From: Octopus sinensis
Lineage: Eukaryota
Length of the DNA stretch: 27,865 nucleotides
NCBI RefSeq assembly: GCF_006345805.1
Contig: NW_021827531.1
Span: 1 to 27,865 of the forward strand
Reading direction: 5' to 3'
The notes beneath the pieces are model-generated. The model made no database searches, was not told the DNA's origin, and saw nothing but the letters and a program-made list of their open reading frames with translations. Shown piece after piece: positions 21,657 through 27,865 of this stretch. Position numbers and translations under genes: made by a program. Each line of letters opens with the position of its first letter. Within the stretch, counting starts at the first letter, position 1.

Positions 21657-22031
21657 GTTGAAATTTATACAAAAACAAAAGACGAGGACAGGTGTATAAA
21701 CAACAAGCAAGTGTATTAGTTTGACGCCCGGGCAAATGAAAAAAATATTTTACATTTCGAGCCTACGCTCTTCAACAGAAAGGAATAAGAGGAAATAAAT
21801 AGAGAGAGAATGAAAAAAAAAAACCTGTCGAGTTAGCGGTCAAGCATGGCGAAATTCACAAGTTTTGTTTTTAATTCTCTCTTTGTTTATTTTCTCTTAT
21901 TCCTTTCTGTTGAAAAGCGTAGGTGCGAAGCATAAAAGACTTTTTCATTTTCCCGAGCGTCAAACTATTACACCTGCTTGTTGTTCATACACCTGTCTTC
22001 GTCTTTTGTTTTTCTATGAATTTCAACTATA
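21653..22031. mobile_element. Fold-back PLE-like element (arms 21653-21811 / 21874-22031) with CUGUUGA hammerhead-like motifs in both arms
   Basis: Arms are imperfect reverse complements with a 62-bp spacer; motifs at 21748-21783 (-) and 21903-21938 (+); same family as 5531-5730. Confidence 0.75.
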
Positions 22032-22100
22032 TATTATACGCTCTCGGAGTCACCCCAGTTATATCCTGCCTTAATTTCCTACGCTTTGGACTTGCGTATC

Positions 22101-22298
22101 TAAGTCACGGGAACGTAAACACACCAGCATCGGTTGTCAAGCGATGTTGGGGGACAAACACAGACACACAAACATATACACACACACTCATGATTATAAA
22201 GTATTATTTAAGTTTACCGTGAAATGGTCCTTTTTCATGCCGAATTCTACTTGGTGAAATTTTGATTACTTCTTCATTAATTTACCTTTGTTATTATT

Positions 22299-22333
<35 letters not shown>

Positions 22334-22337
22334 TATA

Positions 22338-22383
<46 letters not shown>

Positions 22384-22544
22384 CGACGAGCTTCTTCCAG
22401 TTTCCGTCTACCAAATCCACTCACAAGGATTTGGTCGGCCGAAGCTATAGTAGAAGACACGTACCCAAAGTGTCACGCAGTGGGACTTAGCCCATCACCA
22501 TGTGGTTGTAAGTAGCTACTTAGCACACAGCCACTCTTGCGCCT
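22101..22544 (-). mobile_element. SINE family A, 3'-truncated, with ~120 bp of foreign sequence in its internal microsatellite
   Basis: Reverse-complement head at 22381-22544 and body at 22101-22190; unrelated 22193-22312 between them. Confidence 0.8.
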
Positions 22545-22566
22545 ATGTATATATATATATATATTA

Positions 22567-22608
<42 letters not shown>

Positions 22609-22615
<7 letters not shown>

Positions 22616-23310
22616 TAAAAAATGGAGTTAACGCAGGTGTAAACAAATATTTTTACTTTCGACACATGTTTCGAAAATTCCACTGATACTATTCAAAAGA
22701 ATAAATGGTATAAACAATGCAATCTTCTCTTCGGAAAGTGAAAAAACGAAACTCGTCAATACGACATTTTAGCAAAAAATGATGGATTTGTATAGCGATA
22801 GACAGAACGCTATTAATATTGTTTAAAAAAACGTTATATGATATAACGTCATAAGTAGCTAACAGAAAGAGTAAGGATATTAATAGTGAATGTTAAATAT
22901 AAAGGAAATTAAAGTTTAAATTATATATAATTATATATAACGTTTTTTTAAACAATATTAATAGCGTTCTGTCTATCGCTATACAAATCCATCATTTTTT
23001 GCTAAAATGTCGTATTGACGAGTTTCGTTTTTTTCACTTTCCCGAAGAGAAGATTGCATTGTTTATACCATTTATTCTTTTGAATAGTATCAGTGGAATT
23101 TTCGAAACATGTGTCGAAAGTAAAAATATTTGTTTACATCTGCGTTAACTCCATTTTTTATTCATATTATTCAAATATTCAACGTAAACACGAAGTTTCT
23201 ACCTTTATAAACAAGGAGTTACAACACCCTTATTTGTGAGATTTTTGCTGCCCTGGTAACTATTTATTTATTTTTCCGCGTTAATTGTTAACAAGGTAAA
23301 AATACACTCA
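22609..23310 (+). mobile_element. Fold-back PLE-like element: near-identical 231-233 bp arms (22609-22839 / 22935-23167) plus unique 3' extension
   Basis: Arm-by-arm reverse-complement comparison; 95-bp spacer; flanked by (TA)n. Confidence 0.82.
23036..23121 (+). ncRNA. Type-I hammerhead with long stem II, U4C core variant
   Basis: ACTTTC-CCGAAGA-GAAGATT...AATTTTC-GAAAC-ATGT-GTC|GAAAGT: 6-bp stem I, 7-bp stem II, palindromic ACATGT. Confidence 0.7.
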
Positions 23311-24053
23311 TCTATTTATATATATATATGTATGTTGGATTGAAAGCTTATGGTATTGATTCAGGTTTTTGTAAGCTCTGAATCCAAATTCTACAGGTGT
23401 CAGTTTTGCATATCATCACATGACAATGAAGTCCCGGTCAGTACTTTAAATTAAGTACCAGTGGGTACTTCTTTTCGCTCTCATTTTGTCTTTCTCTCTC
23501 TCTCACCCGTCACTCTCTCCCCACCACCGCGTACCCATTCTCTCTCAGTACCTCTCTTTCTCTACATTAAACTGTTTGAAGGGTGGCGTGGGACCAGTCA
23601 CAACACACCCTTTTGCTCCGAAATGGACATAGCCCGAGCAAGCAGCTACTAAACAGCTTACATAGAAAAAAACTCTTACATTACTGGAACCATCAAAGAT
23701 CGGCAAAACGTGCCATTCATCACGGAGCTGAAATATAAACTAAAATGCGTATATATCTAAATGTGCATCTGTTTGTGTGTGCGCGTAAGAAAAAATATGC
23801 AAATATGAGAATTAAATTCAATTTGTTAAGTACATGCGGTTTTCTCGAATTTTGCTTCATATCTATGCTTAACGGAGCGCGCTCATAGCGTATACATTAA
23901 GGCAAAATACAAAACAAGTAATAAAAAACGAGAAGTAGAAATATTTTGCTAAAATTATTCAATATTCACTCCATTCTATGTTACATACCGAAAATATTAA
24001 AGAATCTCTTTATTTTATTATATACACTCCAATATTTACAGTAATTTTTTTCC

Positions 24054-24059
<6 letters not shown>

Positions 24060-24132
<73 letters not shown>

Positions 24133-24332
24133 TATACATATATTATATAACTATACACATATATATATAATATATATATTGTGTGTGTGTGTTATATAAT
24201 ATATGTATTATATATGTATATATATATATATATATATATACATCTTATATAAATATATATCAAATGTATATTTTAAGCTAAATGTAAGCATGTGTATGCA
24301 TTTATACTTATGGATTTCTGCATATATACATA

Positions 24333-24372
<40 letters not shown>

Positions 24373-24377
24373 TAATA

Positions 24378-24409
<32 letters not shown>

Positions 24410-24561
24410 CACACATATATATATATATATATACACATATATATATATAAGCACACATACAAATGTATCCATGCATTTCCCTATGTATCTATCTCCAGAT
24501 TTATGTATAATATATATGAAATTGATTATATATATATATATAAGATATATATCAATATATA

Positions 24562-24602
<41 letters not shown>

Positions 24603-24676
24603 TGTATGGAGATATTTTTATATATTTATATATGTATTATGTAATGTGTGCTTTATTATTATATATGTAATATATA

Positions 24677-24772
<96 letters not shown>

Positions 24773-24775
24773 TAT
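24060..24775. repeat. Very long degenerate (TA)n microsatellite
   Basis: Direct reading. Confidence 0.95.
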
Positions 24776-24899
24776 ACATACATGTACCGATATGTGTGTA
24801 TGTGTGAGCATGTGAGTGAAAAATATGGAAATATGGGAATAAAATTGAATTTGTTAAGTATATTCAGCTTTCGAGATTTTGCTTCGCTCGTTTGATTCC

Positions 24900-25523
24900 T
24901 CCCCCTCTTCCTCCCCCTCCTCCTCCTCCTCCTCATCATCATCATCATCATCGGCAGCATCATCATTTCACCTACATATATTGTTTTGTTGTCTGTGTTT
25001 GTTTGTTCTTTTTTTTTTTGTTATATTTTCCTTATAACGTTTTGGAACGGAAATCGGTTTTTGATCTTAACGTTTCTAAGTAAATTTAGCGCAAAGATAA
25101 TTGATAATTTAAAAAAATTAAAGTAAATTTTATTTTAAATGTATTTTATATGAAATTATTATTATTATTAATATTTTTATTTTTATTATTATCATTATTA
25201 TTATTATTATTATTATTATTTGGTCTATTTGATTGCTTTATTGTAAAATATTTTTGCTCATTCGTACGTTTTTTTTCCCCATATTTTATTCCATATAAAT
25301 TTACTCCTCACATTTTCCCTCTCTTTCTTTATCAATTTATCATTCTCTCTCTTCCTTCTTCACCGGCTCTCTCTCCCTCCCTCTCTCCCCCCTCTCTCTC
25401 TCTAATCCTTTTTCAATTCATCTGTTCCTTGTATATTTCCAACTTCTCACGAATTCATGAACTCCAGATAAAGAAATTAAACCTTTCTTTGTCTTTATGC
25501 TCGAATTTGTATACACACATATG

Positions 25524-25554
<31 letters not shown>

Positions 25555-25558
25555 GCAC

Positions 25559-25590
<32 letters not shown>
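24900..25590. repeat. (CCT)/(CAT), (TTA), (CT) and (CA) microsatellites with unique spacers
   Basis: Direct reading. Confidence 0.85.
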
Positions 25591-25591
<1 letters not shown>

Positions 25592-26570
25592 GGCATGGCT
25601 GGGTGGTAAGAAGTTTGCTTCCCAGCCACATGGTTCCGGTTCAGTCCCACTACGTGGCACCTTGGGCAAGTGTCTTCTATTATAGCCCTGGGCCGACCAA
25701 AGCCTTGTGAATGGATTTGGTAGACGGAAACTGAAGGGACCCTGTGGTATATATATATACTAGCATTATGACCCGTCTTTGCCGGGTCATAGTGCTAGTG
25801 CATGTATATATGTGTATATATATGTGTACATATTACATGTACATCTATATATATACATCTACACATAAAATACAAAATACAAAGTTATATCTTGATATCG
25901 CTAGTGATAACAATACTGAAATTATATAACAGACTGGAATTGTAGTACTATTCCATTTCTGCACGCTAATTTTATTTTCAATCTATTCCCATTCATGTGA
26001 AACCACTTATTCAAGTTCAAATCCTTGATGCAATTTTATGCCAATTGCTATTTTTACTTTTGTTATGCTACGATTATATTATACTTTAGTTTGATTTTAA
26101 TTATTAACTTACTACATATAATTCAATTGTTATTATTATTTTATTGTTAAAGTGAAAGTATCTGACATAAAATAGAGAAATGTTTTTGTTTCACTTTTAA
26201 CACGTAATACTGAAATAGTGGAGAATATATGATATTGCTATGGGCTCGCCCTAGACAAGAAGTTGAACATTTTTTTGCCCATGAAACTACATGGACCCTA
26301 AGTAAGGCATGTGTAAAATTTGAATGAAATTGGTTGAGTAGTTCTCAAGTTTTAGGGAAACACACAGACAGACAGACAGACACACACACACACATTCTCA
26401 GTTTTATATATATAGAGATATATACACATATGTGTGTGTGTATTTGTGTTCTTTGTTTATCCCCCCACCATCGCTTGGCAATCGATGTTGTTATGCTTAC
26501 GTCTCCGTAACTTAGCGGTTCGGCAAAAGAAACCAATAGTGTAAATACTAGGTTTACAAAGAATAAGTAC
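25590..26570 (+). mobile_element. SINE family A split by a Helitron (5' part 25590-25759, 3' part 26419-26570)
   Basis: Head and core before, body after the insertion; insertion is in the TA linker. Confidence 0.85.
25760..26418 (-). mobile_element. Non-autonomous Helitron (~659 bp)
   Basis: Minus strand A|TCTCTATATATATAAAACTGAGAATG + microsatellite ... 3' hairpin TATGACCCG-gcaaaga-CGGGTCATA and terminal CTAG|T; no TSD; A|T target. Confidence 0.88.
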
Positions 26571-26735
26571 TTATTCTATCGGTCTCTTTTGCCAAACCAC
26601 TAGTTTACGGCAGGCGTAAACACACCACCATGGCTGGAGTACAAACACAAATACCATATACACACACACACACACACTCACACGCGCGCGCACACAAACA
26701 AACACACATAAAACACGGGCTTCTCTCAGTTTCCA
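26567..26735 (-). mobile_element. Inverted partial SINE family A fused tail-to-tail with the preceding copy
   Basis: Junction palindrome GAATAAGTACTTATTC at 26561-26576. Confidence 0.75.
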
Positions 26736-26743
26736 TCCCGCGC

Positions 26744-26792
<49 letters not shown>

Positions 26793-27044
26793 TATAATCA
26801 TATCAAAGGGAAATGGAATTTAATTAAAATTTACATATCCAGTAGTCTAACGCGTAAAAAATTTTTTGTCAAAAATACTATATATTAGTCATACGATATA
26901 GTGTATATTTAAACACATAGAGAATCCCCATATAGGGATTCTATGCGCTAGAAAGAACAGCTAAGTTCTATAACCACAAAAAAAATTGGGGATAAAATTC
27001 GACAGGAATAAATTTGGAAATGAAAAAAATTTACCATCTAGTTT

Positions 27045-27118
27045 CCTGGACCAATTGGTTTCTAATCTTCTTTTAGCGATTCATGGAGAACTCACACGGT
27101 CTGATTTTCTTCAGCAGG
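27045..27118 (-). ncRNA. Type-I hammerhead ribozyme motif, intact core (minus-strand copy)
   Basis: Reverse complement of the plus-strand copy; two substitutions inside the stem II region. Confidence 0.78.
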
Positions 27119-27146
27119 TCCAACATATGTTTATCACTAGGTTGGA

Positions 27147-27220
27147 CCTGCTGAAGAAAATCAGACCTTGTGAGTTCTCCATGACTCGCTAAAAGAAGAT
27201 TAGAAACCAATTGGTCCAGG
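27147..27220 (+). ncRNA. Type-I hammerhead ribozyme motif, intact core, palindromic stem III; predicted cleavage after 27216
   Basis: CCTG-CTGAAGA-A-AATC[..GTGAGT(TCTCCATG)ACTCGC..]GATT-A-GAAAC-CAATTG-GTC|CAGG. Confidence 0.82.
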
Positions 27221-27386
27221 AAACTAGATGGTAAATGCTTTTCATTTCCAAATTTATTCCTGGTCAAATTTATCCCCAATTTTTTTGTGGTTATAGAACT
27301 TAGCTGTTCTTTCTAGCGCATAGAATCCCTATATGGGGATTCTCTATGTGTTTAAATATACACTATATCGTATGACTAATATATAT

Positions 27387-27393
27387 ATATAAT

Positions 27394-27437
<44 letters not shown>

Positions 27438-27478
27438 ATATATATATTATATGTATGTATATATACTGTATATATATG
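27387..27478. repeat. (TA)n microsatellite
   Basis: Direct reading. Confidence 0.95.
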
Positions 27479-27865
27479 ATTCACAATCAAAATTGCAGAA
27501 ATGGCGTACTCCGAATGAATAAGGTGACGTAATCCAATGGTTAAAGAGAGATCCATGAATCAGGTACTCGAAAACAGTCTGAAGGACGGATGGTCCGTGT
27601 GAGTTTGCAGTAAATTGTCAATTCAAAAAACAGAAAAAAAAGAAGGAAAAAACAAACCTTTTCTATAATTCTCTGTTTTTTGAATTGACTACGTGTGTGT
27701 AGTGCGTGAGTGAAATATTATTAAACGGGTAGCTACAATGATTCAGTTATCTGGAATTTCGTCGCAGTGCCATATTATATGAACGGTCACGGCACGGCAA
27801 ACCCAAAATGTACACATCCAAAACTTAATACCGCAATAGCCCGACGCTATAAGACTTCATCCAAC

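Larger units (their letters stand above)
26795..27386 (-). mobile_element. Fold-back PLE-like element: 246-bp arms (26879-27124 / 27141-27386), 16-bp spacer, left arm extended ~85 bp
   Basis: Arms nearly perfect reverse complements; flanked by (TA)n. Confidence 0.85.

Noticed and set aside
26986-27279. Two near-identical 68-aa ORFs on opposite strands (MGIKFDRNKFG... / MGINLTRNKFG...)
   Set aside because: A consequence of the palindrome; no recognisable domain; the conserved signal is RNA structure.
27539-27585. TTAAAGA-GAG...CTC-GAAAACAGTC hammerhead-like string
   Set aside because: Two core changes, broken stem III and no stem I.
27617-27689. 18-bp inverted repeat gtcaattcaaaaaacaga / tctgttttttgaattgac
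   Set aside because: Real, but short and A/T-rich with no TSD or family link established; not assigned to an element.

Overview
Repeat-saturated, AT-rich animal genomic DNA, intergenic or intronic. The SINE types and extreme microsatellite density suggest octopus/coleoid cephalopod (inference, not verified). No protein-coding gene can be supported; nearly all listed ORFs are microsatellite or SINE artefacts. Supported features: one intron-containing tRNA-Leu(CAA); about 20 full or partial tRNA-derived SINE copies from at least six families (my labels A-F), several with target-site duplications (TSDs); a decayed RTE-clade LINE with a twin-priming 5' inversion; a non-autonomous Helitron; a pogo/Tigger-type terminus; many microsatellites. 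The most notable signal is a cluster of unrelated non-coding fold-back or pseudo-LTR elements resembling non-autonomous Penelope-like elements (PLEs). Most carry type-I hammerhead ribozyme (HHR) motifs with palindromic stem III: two with an intact core (27045-27118 minus, 27147-27220 plus), one U4C variant, a three-copy family with a CUGUNGA core, and several remnants. All structures were folded by eye.
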